Of a stretch of DNA of 64,000 nt, positions 10,540 through 19,429 are shown piece after piece. A model generated the notes under the pieces. It was given only the letters and a program-made list of their open reading frames with translations, did no database searches and was not told the origin of the DNA. The position numbers and the translations under genes are program-made. This stretch comes from Candidatus Pacearchaeota archaeon (lineage in GTDB: Archaea; Nanobdellota; Nanobdellia; Pacearchaeales; GW2011-AR1), in NCBI GenBank assembly GCA_017609405.1, contig JAFCDZ010000001.1, positions 24,880 to 88,879 of the forward strand, read 5' to 3'. Within the stretch, counting starts at the first letter, position 1. Each line of letters begins with the position of its first letter.

Positions 10540-11637
10540 ATTAATTATTTCTAAAAATTTTTTCTTAAAAAAATTTAATTCAAAAAATTTCATAAATCGC
10601 TTTCTTCCATTTAATCCCATTTTCTTCCTTTTATTAAAATCCATCAATAATTCTATTTTAGAAACAATTTCCTCAGGAGTATTCTCCTTTAGCAAATATC
10701 CTGTTTTACTTTCATCAATAATTTCTGGAATAGAAGCGACACTATTAGCAATAACAGGCAAAGCATACATCATTCCTTCAATGATTACTCTTCCAAAAGT
10801 TTCAAGAGGATATTCTGTTGGAAAAATAAGAATATCTGCATTTTCAAGAAACTTGTTCTTTTTCTTTCCAATAACTTTTCCATGGGAAAAAACTTTCCCC
10901 TTGAGATTATTTTCACACACAAAACTATCAAAAAAGTCTTTATATTTTTGTGATGGCCATCCTCCAATAAAATCGCACTTAAAAGAAATATTTTTCTTAT
11001 CTAGGATTCTACAAGATTCAAGAAGTTTTATCCACCCTTTTGAAGGGTCCATATTCGATAGGAATAATAAATTCAATTGTTTATGCTTCTTTCTCTTTTC
11101 CAATATCCCCTTAACCCTTGAATCTGTTACTTCATTCTTAATAGCATTATGCAAAACAAAGATTTTTCGAATATTTAACCCAACAAGATCTTTTTTTAAA
11201 GCCTTGCCGACAACAATCACACTACTTCCATTGAATAAACCTCTCAGCAAAAACCCATAAAAAGGATTTTTTTTGTCTCTCTCTAAAATTCTACTCCTAA
11301 CATGAAATAAAATTTCTTTCTTCCAATATTTTCTTATCTCTCGCACAATTAAATAATCTCTAATTAATCCAAGACCATGTGTGGCAGGTACCATATAAAC
11401 TAAGTCGAGAAAAGAATCTGAAAAAAATTCCTTTATCTTCTTTTTAGTTGTGAAAAAACCCTTTATTTTCGAAAAATTTATTCTTCCAATATCTTGAATC
11501 TCTTTAGAATAATTTAATTTTATATTAAAAACATCCATACTTCTTATATTTTTCAGAATATCTAAACACATCTTACTAGAAAGCGCACTTCCATAATAAG
11601 GGGGTGGGAGAGGACTTAAAAATAAAATTTTCTTCAT
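10531..11637 (-). CDS. Glycosyltransferase family 4
   Basis: EGMMYALPVIANSVASIPEIIDESKTGYLL motif. 368 aa. Confidence 0.75.
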   Translation of the reverse strand: MKKILFLSPLPPPYYGSALSSKMCLDILKNIRSMDVFNIKLNYSKEIQDIGRINFSKIKGFFTTKKKIKEFFSDSFLDLVYMVPATHGLGLIRDYLIVREIRKYWKKEILFHVRSRILERDKKNPFYGFLLRGLFNGSSVIVVGKALKKDLVGLNIRKIFVLHNAIKNEVTDSRVKGILEKRKKHKQLNLLFLSNMDPSKGWIKLLESCRILDKKNISFKCDFIGGWPSQKYKDFFDSFVCENNLKGKVFSHGKVIGKKKNKFLENADILIFPTEYPLETFGRVIIEGMMYALPVIANSVASIPEIIDESKTGYLLKENTPEEIVSKIELLMDFNKRKKMGLNGRKRFMKFFELNFFKKKFLEIINLF

Positions 11638-12326
11638 TTTTCTACCTCTAATTTAACTTTACCAATTAAAATATAAATAAGCCCCATAAAACTTCTAAGA
11701 ACTTTCTTCTTAGAATGATTAAAATCAGTAATTAATCTATAAAACCATTCTAGACCCATAAAAGACCATATTTTTGGAGCTTCTTTTTTATTTCCTAATA
11801 AAAAATCAAAAGCAGCTCCGACAACAAACATTGTCTTTCTCACAAAAGGATAAATCATATTTGCAAGGATTTCTTGTTTAGGACTTCCAATAGCAAACCA
11901 AATAAAATCTGGATTGAATGTTTTAACTTTCCTAATAACCCCTCTGATAGTCCTATTATCAAATTCTATACCCCCTATAAAAGGCAAATCAAAAAAAGAC
12001 ATCTTCATAATAGGAATTCCTGTAAGCTTACTTAATTTATGAATATCCTTTTTTGAAAGACCCAAAAAAAGATGTTTCTTATTCTTAGCATAGGAAGAAA
12101 GAAGAAATTTCTTAGTAAAAGAAGGTCCTCTTCTTTGAGAAATCCCAAGAAAAAGAGATAAGATTCTCCCATCTGGAAAATTTAGATTATAATTTTTAGA
12201 GATTAAAGCCCTATATTTTGAATTATTAAAATACCACCATACATTATAAAAATTAAAAAAATTGAAAATTTTTTTTTGATGTACAAGCTCCTCTGGATTA
12301 TTTGGCAAAAAATAAAGTTTTTCCAT
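11634..12326 (-). CDS. WecB/TagA/CpsF-family glycosyltransferase (GT26)
   Basis: IWFAIGSPKQE and MGLEWFYRL motifs, characteristic of GT26. 230 aa. Overlaps the upstream gene. Confidence 0.8.
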   Translation of the reverse strand: MEKLYFLPNNPEELVHQKKIFNFFNFYNVWWYFNNSKYRALISKNYNLNFPDGRILSLFLGISQRRGPSFTKKFLLSSYAKNKKHLFLGLSKKDIHKLSKLTGIPIMKMSFFDLPFIGGIEFDNRTIRGVIRKVKTFNPDFIWFAIGSPKQEILANMIYPFVRKTMFVVGAAFDFLLGNKKEAPKIWSFMGLEWFYRLITDFNHSKKKVLRSFMGLIYILIGKVKLEVEK

Positions 12327-12379
12327 AAAAAAATAATAAAAGGAATCTTTATAAATTTAACAGAAACAATTCTAAAATA

Positions 12380-14101
12380 TTATTTAGATTTACTTATCAG
12401 AACACCAACAAACAATAGAACCATAGAAAAGATTCTACTAAGAATACTTGCAACTGCTGCACCTGCTGCTGCTAATAATTGAGAATATTGAAGAAAATAC
12501 ATAATCAAAAAGTAATTCAAGAGGATATTCAAAATTGTCGCACCGATATTTGCTGACGCAACAAATCTTGTTCTACCTCTTGAAATAAGATAAGATTGAT
12601 AAAGCCCTGAAATTGGCAAAAGCAGAAGCATTGATGAAAGAAGTTTCAGTAATGGTTGAGCCGGGAGATATGCTTTTCCATAGATAAGAAAAATAATCCA
12701 ATCAGAAAAAATAAAGATAAACAAAAATAAAAACATAGATGAAGCAAGAACAAGAAGTATTGCTTTAATAAATTCCCTCTCACTCTCTCTCTTGTTTAGT
12801 CTACTGAATATAGGAAAAAAAGCTGCTGAGAAAGGAATTACAGAAGCTGCAGTTCCAACCAATGAGAGAGCAATATTATAAAACCCAATAATACTCGCAC
12901 CAACAAGAGGACCTAAAAATACTTTATCAATATTCCCAAAAAAGATTCCTGAAAGAGTTAGTGCAGAAAGGGGGAGAGTAAACTTCAAGATTTCTTTTCT
13001 AATTTTCTTATTAGGTTCATTTGAACTAAAGTCTAAAAAAGAATATCCTTCTTTTTTTGAAGCATAATAAAGAACAAAAATTATTGAAAAAAATGCTGAA
13101 AAAGAAATCAACGAAAAAATGGCAAATAAAAGAGGTTCTTCAGAAAGTTTATTGACAAATAAATAAACAAAAACAAGAACAAAGGAGACCCTAAAAAATT
13201 GAAAAAGAATAGACCTAATAAAGGGGTATCTAAAATTATTTCTTGATTTAAAAATAGCATCAAAAAATCCTCCAAAGGACATGAATATCAAAAAAAGCAC
13301 TCCTGACAAAAGAGCCAAGAAAATAGGCTTGTGATAATAATCAGCAATAATCTTTGAGGACAATAATAAAACTAATGAAACAAAACCAACAAGAATAAAT
13401 TTCAGCTTAAAAAAATATTTAACATACCCTTTATATCGTTCCTCATCCCTTATTCTTGAAAGATATTTAATTAATGTACTCCCAAGACCCATATCTGTTA
13501 AAGAAGAAAAAATAAGAATTGTAGAAAGAGCAAGCCCATATAATCCAAATAAATCAGGCATAAGAAGTCGCGCCAAAAAAATTGATAAAATCAAGCCACC
13601 AAATTTCTCTGAAAGAGTTGTTAAAACTACCCAAAAAGAATTTTTAATTGCTCTTATAGTCCACTTATTTTGTTTTTTGGCCCTAGCCCTCAAATAGGAG
13701 ATAAAAGAATATGCTCTTGATTTAAATTCTTTATGAGCAATAAAACCATAAAAATCAAGGAAGGAATGAAAAAGAACCCCTATAAGAATATAAAAAAACC
13801 ATCTTGAAAAAAAAGACAATATCCCTAATAAAATAATAAACTCAACACTATGAAAAACATGATAAAAAGGAATTTGTTTTAGTTTTTCTTTTAAGTTCCT
13901 CCCTAGAAGAATATGCCATTTATAAGCCCTAAAAAGATTAACATCTTTTTTTCTTAGAATATAAACAAAGTAATGGTCAACATCAATTAAAAAAGAAGAT
14001 AAAAATATAACCAATGCACCTAATAAAGTTATTTCCGGAAATAAAAAAAAGAGTATGCAAGAGAATAAAAAACCTGTTATAATATGTGTTTTTGGCAACA
14101 T
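12380..14101 (-). CDS. Polysaccharide/oligosaccharide flippase (Wzx/PST-like) with an N-terminal DUF457-like membrane hydrolase-like extension
   Basis: Polytopic membrane protein. The C-terminal ~430 aa resemble Wzx-type flippases. The N-terminal ~140 aa (MLPKTHIITGFLF...DVDHYF...HSFLD) resemble YdjM/DUF457 membrane metal-hydrolase-like proteins. Confidence 0.6.
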   Translation of the reverse strand: MLPKTHIITGFLFSCILFFLFPEITLLGALVIFLSSFLIDVDHYFVYILRKKDVNLFRAYKWHILLGRNLKEKLKQIPFYHVFHSVEFIILLGILSFFSRWFFYILIGVLFHSFLDFYGFIAHKEFKSRAYSFISYLRARAKKQNKWTIRAIKNSFWVVLTTLSEKFGGLILSIFLARLLMPDLFGLYGLALSTILIFSSLTDMGLGSTLIKYLSRIRDEERYKGYVKYFFKLKFILVGFVSLVLLLSSKIIADYYHKPIFLALLSGVLFLIFMSFGGFFDAIFKSRNNFRYPFIRSILFQFFRVSFVLVFVYLFVNKLSEEPLLFAIFSLISFSAFFSIIFVLYYASKKEGYSFLDFSSNEPNKKIRKEILKFTLPLSALTLSGIFFGNIDKVFLGPLVGASIIGFYNIALSLVGTAASVIPFSAAFFPIFSRLNKRESEREFIKAILLVLASSMFLFLFIFIFSDWIIFLIYGKAYLPAQPLLKLLSSMLLLLPISGLYQSYLISRGRTRFVASANIGATILNILLNYFLIMYFLQYSQLLAAAGAAVASILSRIFSMVLLFVGVLISKSK

Positions 14102-14119
14102 TTTTTTATAAAAACAGGT

Positions 14120-14857
14120 CTATTTAAAAATCCTTTTATAATTTTCTTCAACCTGTTTTTCAATCTCTTTTAAAGAAATTTTTTTAATTTCTGCAATTTT
14201 TTTGTAGCTTTCAATTACATTCGCAGGCTCATTATTTCTTTTTTTAAATGGATGAAGAAAAGGTGAATCTGTCTCGCAAAATAATTGCTCTAATGGAACA
14301 ATTTCTACAACTTTTTGAAAATGTTGGCTATAAGTTATATTTGTAGGTATGCTAAAAAACCATCCATTATCAATAATTCTCCTTACTAATTTTAATTTGC
14401 CTGAAAAACAATGCATAATTATTTTTTTATAATTAAATTTTTCAAGAAGCTCTATTGCAATTTCCTCTGCTTTTCTTGAATGGATTATGATTGGTTTATC
14501 TAATTCTATTGCAAGTTTTATGAATTTTTCTAAATTCTTTTTTTGTTTTTCAATTAAAGAACACTCTTTTAAATCTAATCCAACCTCACCAATTCCAACA
14601 ATTAAAGTTTTATTTTTTCTTATAAATTCAATCTCTTGCTCCAGTTCTTTTTCAGAAAGCTTAAGAGCATCACAAGGATAAATCCCAAGACAAGCTTTTA
14701 TTTCATTAAACTTCTTTGCTAAATCAAGTGCGAATCGGTTTGTTTTTTTGTCTGTCCCGCAAGTTAGAATTATTTTTACATTGTTCTTTCTTGCATTTTC
14801 TATTTTTTCATTAACTGGTTTACAAATCTCGAGGTGTGAATGAATATCAATAAACAT
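14120..14857 (-). CDS. tatD: TatD-family metal-dependent hydrolase/DNase
   Basis: MFIDIHSHLE N-terminus and conserved His/Asp pattern. 245 aa. Confidence 0.85.
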   Translation of the reverse strand: MFIDIHSHLEICKPVNEKIENARKNNVKIILTCGTDKKTNRFALDLAKKFNEIKACLGIYPCDALKLSEKELEQEIEFIRKNKTLIVGIGEVGLDLKECSLIEKQKKNLEKFIKLAIELDKPIIIHSRKAEEIAIELLEKFNYKKIIMHCFSGKLKLVRRIIDNGWFFSIPTNITYSQHFQKVVEIVPLEQLFCETDSPFLHPFKKRNNEPANVIESYKKIAEIKKISLKEIEKQVEENYKRIFK

Positions 14858-14879
14858 TTCAATATGGGCTCATTTACAA

Positions 14880-14897
14880 TGGGCGCTGAGGGAATCG
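14880..14897 (-). repeat. Direct copy (17/18 nt) of the 3' terminus of tRNA-Trp, 69 nt downstream of the tRNA in minus orientation
   Basis: tgggcgctgagggaatcg compared with tgggcgcggagggaatcg at 14967-14984, immediately followed by gggcctcac. Confidence 0.85.
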
Positions 14898-14966
14898 GGC
14901 CTCACAAAGTTCGACCTAGTTCGTCTATCGCTACACTCATAGCCAAACTAAACCCAAAGGGTTCGA

Positions 14967-15037
14967 TGGGCGCGGAGGGAATCGAACCCCCGTCTGGCGG
15001 TCTGGAGCCGCCTGTTTTACCATTAAACTACGCACCC
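14967..15037 (-). tRNA. tRNA-Trp (anticodon CCA), no intron, CCA not encoded
   Basis: Reverse complement GGGTGCGTAGTTTAATGGTAAAACAGGCGGCTCCAGACCGCCAGACGGGGGTTCGATTCCCTCCGCGCCCA folds as a cloverleaf: 7-bp acceptor, D arm GTTT/AAAC, anticodon stem GGCGG/CCGCC with loop CTCCAGA, T arm with TTCGATT loop. Confidence 0.8.
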
Positions 15038-15125
15038 TCAAAAAAAGAGAGTGTTTTTTATTTTTAAGGTTTTGGAATTCAAAAAAACCTCAAAAAACCA
15101 ATAAAGTCTGCTAAAATAAAGATGA

Positions 15126-15434
15126 TTAATTATAAATTTTTATTTTTTCTCTTAGTTTTTTAACTGTTTCTTCATTCATATGATTCAAAATATTTTTGCA
15201 TTTTACTAAAAACAATGCTCTTTGTTTTTTAATCTTTTGATATAATTCTTTTGAAATATTCTTATCTGAATAATACTGAACATCTATCCTTGCTTTTTGT
15301 GATTTTTCTAAAAGTTCTATATCCTCCTCTGAAAAATAATCCCTTAAAAATTCTTTCATAAAAAGAATTGTGCAAAAGTGTATTTCTGATTTCACTCCAA
15401 TTTTCATAAGTATCGCATACAAAGAAAAGTACAT
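15126..15434 (-). CDS. Small alpha-helical protein, putative HEPN-like partner of the adjacent MNT (R-x4-Y-Y motif)
   Basis: 102 aa, downstream of and same strand as the HTH-MNT gene. Contains KARIDVQYYS, similar in position to the R-x4-H-x-Y HEPN motif but with Tyr replacing His. The true start may be an internal Met. Confidence 0.35.
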   Translation of the reverse strand: MYFSLYAILMKIGVKSEIHFCTILFMKEFLRDYFSEEDIELLEKSQKARIDVQYYSDKNISKELYQKIKKQRALFLVKCKNILNHMNEETVKKLREKIKIYN

Positions 15435-15594
15435 TGAATAATATGAAGAAGATATCTCCCAATCAAAATTATCACTTAACTCATTAGCAGCTCTTAATGC
15501 GTTTTCCGCCTTTTTTATATATGCTATAGCTAGGAATTATTTGGCTCTATTAACCTAATCCCCTTCTTTTGCTTCAAACACCAAATAATCTTAT

Positions 15595-16152
15595 TCATTT
15601 TATTAATTCTTCAACCAATTGTTCAACATTCTTTATTATTATATGGTTTTTTAATGCTTCAATTGTAAGAACATCTTTTTTCAATCTTGGATAAATCTTT
15701 AAGTTCAGTTCCTTATTATAAATATCTGCAATTTTGCTTATCTCTCTTTCATTTGCTTTTCCAATCACTAAAATGTCCAAATCAGAATCATCTTCTTGAA
15801 GATTTTTAGCATAACTACCGAAGATTATTGCTATTCCTTTAATATAAGGAAGAATTTTTTCTGATATCTCTTTTATTAAAAGGTTCTTTTTGTAAAATTT
15901 TATTGTTCTTAAATGTTCTGCAGCTATGATAAAATGTCTTATTATTTCTTTATTACCAAGGTTCAAAAAATATAACTTATTTTTACCCTCTATCTTGCTT
16001 TTTAAAATTCCTTCCTTTTCTAATTTACCCAGATAATTTGATACAGTTTTTTGATTTAGGTTCTTTTTTTTAGCAATAAAACTACCTGTTAACCTCATAG
16101 AATAATCTCCAAGAAATTCTTCAAATATCTCAAGATGGTATTTAAGTAACAT
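15595..16152 (-). CDS. Winged-helix HTH fused to a minimal nucleotidyltransferase (MNT) domain
   Basis: N-terminal HTH (KTVSNYLGKLEKEGIL) and the Pol-beta-type NTase motif GSYAKNLQEDDSDLDILV. 185 aa. Confidence 0.7.
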   Translation of the reverse strand: MLLKYHLEIFEEFLGDYSMRLTGSFIAKKKNLNQKTVSNYLGKLEKEGILKSKIEGKNKLYFLNLGNKEIIRHFIIAAEHLRTIKFYKKNLLIKEISEKILPYIKGIAIIFGSYAKNLQEDDSDLDILVIGKANEREISKIADIYNKELNLKIYPRLKKDVLTIEALKNHIIIKNVEQLVEELIK

Positions 16153-16211
16153 TTTACTTATATTAGTAAATTTTTATTTATAAATATTTCTATTAAAAAA
16201 TTCTAAGAGTT

Positions 16212-17996
16212 TTATTTCAGATAACCTCCTCTCTGAAGATTCCATAGCTTTCTATATTCTCCAGGCTCTTTGATTAATTTATTGTGTGTTCCTTGCTGAA
16301 CAATATTCCCATCTTTCATAACAACAATTTTATCTGCATTCATAATAGTCGATAATCTATGAGCAATAATAATTGCAGTCCTTCCCTGCAAAAGGGTTTT
16401 CAAACTTTCTTGAATCTCATGCTCTGTTTCAGAATCCAAAGCAGAGGTTGCTTCATCAAGAACAATTATTTTCTTATTTGCCAATAAAGCTCTTGCAATA
16501 GAAACTCTTTGCTTTTCTCCTCCAGAAAGCTTAACCCCCCTTTCTCCTACAATAGTTCTCTCTTTTCGAGGCAACCTTTCAACAATCTTATCCAACTGTG
16601 CCATGCGTATTGCCTCCATAACTTCTTCCCGTGTTGCTTTAGGATTAGCAAATTTAACATTATTATAAATTGTGTCATCAAATAAAATACATTCCTGCGG
16701 AACAATAGCCATCTCACTCCTAAGAGATTCTTGCTTGAAATCACGAATATCTTTACCATCAATTAATATCTGCCCATTCTCAACATCATATAATCTATAA
16801 AGAAGTTTAATTAATGTAGTTTTCCCACAACCAGAATGTCCTACAAGTGCAACTTTCTGTCCGGATTTTATCTTGAGATTAAAATTCTCAAAAATCTTCT
16901 TTTTTTTAGTATAACCAAAAGTAATATTCTTAAATTCAATTTCTCCTTTTCTTATTTTTAATTCTCTAGCGTTAGGTTTATCCTTAATTTCATTTTTTAC
17001 TTTGCTATATTCAAAAAGCCCCTGAAAATCAGCCATTGACCTATAAAAGCCCCTAATACCCCAAACAAACCCAAAAAGAGGGCCTGCAACATTTTCATAA
17101 ATAGAATAAATAAATACAAGGGTTCCAATTGAAAGGGAGCCATCTAAAAAACTTTTCATAGGAAAATAAATCAAGAAAAATAAGCCAAAAGACAGAATTA
17201 ATATCTGTCCAGAATCAAACCACCTAAAATAACCCCAATACCTTAAAGAAGCTTTTTTAGTTTTTTCTGCAGCTTTAAGATAAATTCTCTTAATTGTAGA
17301 TTCTTTTCCAAAATACTTTATAGAATCAATATTAGTAAAAACATCACTAATAAGACCTTTTTCAGAATCCTCTATTCTATTAAACCTAATTCTATGGGAT
17401 TGTTGTTTGGTTTGAATAAACAAACTGTACCCAATAAATAAAACAGAGGTTATAATTAAAATAAGAGAAGATTGCCAATTAAAATAAGCTATTGAACCTC
17501 CCACTAAAACTAACTGAAACAATAGGGGAACAAAATTAAATATAAGATTATCATTAAAACCTTCAACAGCCCCAGAACCGCGAATAATCCGAGAGATAAG
17601 CTTTCCAGTTTTATGAGTAGTATGAAATTTATATGAAAGTCCTAAAAGATGGTTAAAGTATTTTCTTTTTAAGTCAAAAACAAGTGTAGAATCTAATAAA
17701 GAGAGAAAATGAATGCTCAACCACTTAAAAGAAGCTTTCAATATTGAAACAACAATAAACACTAATGCAATAAATACCAAGGTCAAAATAAAAGTCTCTT
17801 GAGAAAGGTTTCCTGAAATAAACCTAGATCCATCATCTATAATTCTCTTGAATAAGAATTTATCAACTGTATAGAGTGCCTCTAGTAAAAGAACAATGAC
17901 CAAAAGCGAGAAAAAAATCTTTTTATGTTTTTTTAAAAGATTCCAATATTCCCTTAAATTATATTTAAAATCAATTTTTTGTTTTTTTCTAATCAT
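16212..17996 (-). CDS. ABC transporter, fused permease/ATPase (MsbA-like exporter)
   Basis: Six-TM N-terminal domain, Walker A GHSGCGKTT, ABC signature LSGGEKQRVSIARAL, Walker B IIVLDEATSALD. 594 aa. Confidence 0.9.
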   Translation of the reverse strand: MIRKKQKIDFKYNLREYWNLLKKHKKIFFSLLVIVLLLEALYTVDKFLFKRIIDDGSRFISGNLSQETFILTLVFIALVFIVVSILKASFKWLSIHFLSLLDSTLVFDLKRKYFNHLLGLSYKFHTTHKTGKLISRIIRGSGAVEGFNDNLIFNFVPLLFQLVLVGGSIAYFNWQSSLILIITSVLFIGYSLFIQTKQQSHRIRFNRIEDSEKGLISDVFTNIDSIKYFGKESTIKRIYLKAAEKTKKASLRYWGYFRWFDSGQILILSFGLFFLIYFPMKSFLDGSLSIGTLVFIYSIYENVAGPLFGFVWGIRGFYRSMADFQGLFEYSKVKNEIKDKPNARELKIRKGEIEFKNITFGYTKKKKIFENFNLKIKSGQKVALVGHSGCGKTTLIKLLYRLYDVENGQILIDGKDIRDFKQESLRSEMAIVPQECILFDDTIYNNVKFANPKATREEVMEAIRMAQLDKIVERLPRKERTIVGERGVKLSGGEKQRVSIARALLANKKIIVLDEATSALDSETEHEIQESLKTLLQGRTAIIIAHRLSTIMNADKIVVMKDGNIVQQGTHNKLIKEPGEYRKLWNLQRGGYLK

Positions 17997-18157
17997 AATA
18001 AAAGTTAAGTTTAAATATTAATAAATCTTTAGTAAGAAAGATGAAAGAAGAAGCAATTTATACACCTTATGAGCAACCAAGCTCAAAATTGTTTGAAAAA
18101 AAGATTGAAGAGAACTTTGAAGAAAATAAAGATATTGAAGAATAATTAAGAAAAAAA

Positions 18158-18829
18158 TCAACTAATCCTCTCAATTTCTCTAATTTCATCACTGCTTATT
18201 GCGCACCCTCTAAATTTAACAGCCCAAAGAAGAGCATCAAGAGTTCTAGAATCTTTTATATTTAAGAGATTCTTTTTCCATAAAATATATACTAATTCAG
18301 CTGAACGAATAACCTTACATTTTATTGGTTCTTCATCAACCATCCTAACATTAGAATGAAGTTTTTTCTCCAAAATTTTAACAAGATTTCTTGGTTTTTC
18401 GCATAGAACCCTCGTCGTCCTCTCATCAATTGCGAGAACAACATCAAAACCCTTCTTTTCAAGAGCACTATATAAAACAAGCGACGCAACCTCCCCACTA
18501 TCAACAATATGCACAGGCCTATCCCCTGCAATAAAAGAAGAATTAAGTTTTTTTAATAAAGAATTTGTCTCAGAAGAAATTTTTTTACTATCAATTCCAA
18601 CAACCTCTGGAAATTCTAAGATTCTTTCATCTATAAGCTTTTTCAATCTCAAAGCCTCCAACTCAAACCTCTTAACTTTTATAGGTCTTTGAACAATTTC
18701 ATAGTAAACTTCTTGTGTAATCAAAAAATACCCGTTAAAGAACTTTTTTAAAAGTTTTATTTCCTCAAAAAGACCATTCATAGCTAAAGAAATCAAAGTG
18801 CTTGAGTCAAAGACAATGGCTTTCTTCAT
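18158..18829 (-). CDS. PIN-domain-like protein (putative RNase)
   Basis: N-terminal KKAIVFDSSTLISL and later acidic positions (HIVDSGE, LAIDERT) match the PIN layout. 223 aa. Its start abuts the stop of the upstream ORF. Confidence 0.4.
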   Translation of the reverse strand: MKKAIVFDSSTLISLAMNGLFEEIKLLKKFFNGYFLITQEVYYEIVQRPIKVKRFELEALRLKKLIDERILEFPEVVGIDSKKISSETNSLLKKLNSSFIAGDRPVHIVDSGEVASLVLYSALEKKGFDVVLAIDERTTRVLCEKPRNLVKILEKKLHSNVRMVDEEPIKCKVIRSAELVYILWKKNLLNIKDSRTLDALLWAVKFRGCAISSDEIREIERIS

Positions 18830-18830
18830 C

Positions 18831-19391
18831 TTAACTAAAGATATCTAATGCGAGTTTAATTCTTTCTTTTTCTGAAATTGTCTTTGATTCTTTTGTTTCA
18901 GAGATTCTAGTCCCTCCAGAATATTCTGCTAATTCAAACATTGTTATTCCAAGTAATTTTGCAGTTCTTTCCATAGAAATACCATGCTCATAAATTCTTG
19001 AAGCTTTATTTACTTGGGCTCTACGAAAAACTTCCTTAATATATTCCCTTAACTTCCCTGATAAATTAGTAATTTCCTTCCTTATTAATTCAAGATTATT
19101 CCTAACTTCTTCGAAATTCTTTTCTTTAAGAGCTTTAATTGATTTTTCCAAAAAGAGTTCAACATTATCTAAAAAAGATATAAATTTTTCATCATCCCTA
19201 TTTTTCTCTCTTTCAAGAATTTTTCCAAGAGAATAAACAATTACAGCAACTGAAATATTATCAGCATCCTGAGTTCGTGAAGCAGTATTAATTGTCTGAT
19301 TACTCAAGTGCTTTATCTTAGAAGCATCTCGTCTTCTTAAAGCAGATAAAGTTCTCTTAAGAATCTTTAAGATATTTCTCACCTCTTCCAT
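18831..19391 (-). CDS. Hypothetical protein with a C-terminal HTH-like segment
   Basis: 186 aa. C-terminal ISMERTAKLLGITMFELAEY resembles a helix-turn-helix. Immediately upstream of the PIN-like ORF. Confidence 0.3.
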   Translation of the reverse strand: MEEVRNILKILKRTLSALRRRDASKIKHLSNQTINTASRTQDADNISVAVIVYSLGKILEREKNRDDEKFISFLDNVELFLEKSIKALKEKNFEEVRNNLELIRKEITNLSGKLREYIKEVFRRAQVNKASRIYEHGISMERTAKLLGITMFELAEYSGGTRISETKESKTISEKERIKLALDIFS

Positions 19392-19429
19392 AAAGTAAAA
19401 AATAATTACAGCTTTTTATAGGTTTCTCC

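Noticed and set aside
14860-15040. Split or permuted tRNA genes (Nanoarchaeum-style) as the explanation for the tRNA 3'-fragment copies
   Set aside because: Each locus already has a complete, colinear, well-folding tRNA. The extra copies are 3'-terminal only and are not flanked by complementary leaders or BHB motifs.
14860-15040. Integrated provirus or plasmid at the tRNA genes
   Set aside because: The segments bounded by the att-like repeats are only 70-150 bp, and no integrase or other element genes are present. Only a miniature or remnant element is supportable.
14840-15067. ORF-track 75-aa frame (MNINKHFNMGSF...)
   Set aside because: It spans the tRNA-Trp gene and its duplicated 3'-end spacer; the translation is just the tRNA read through.
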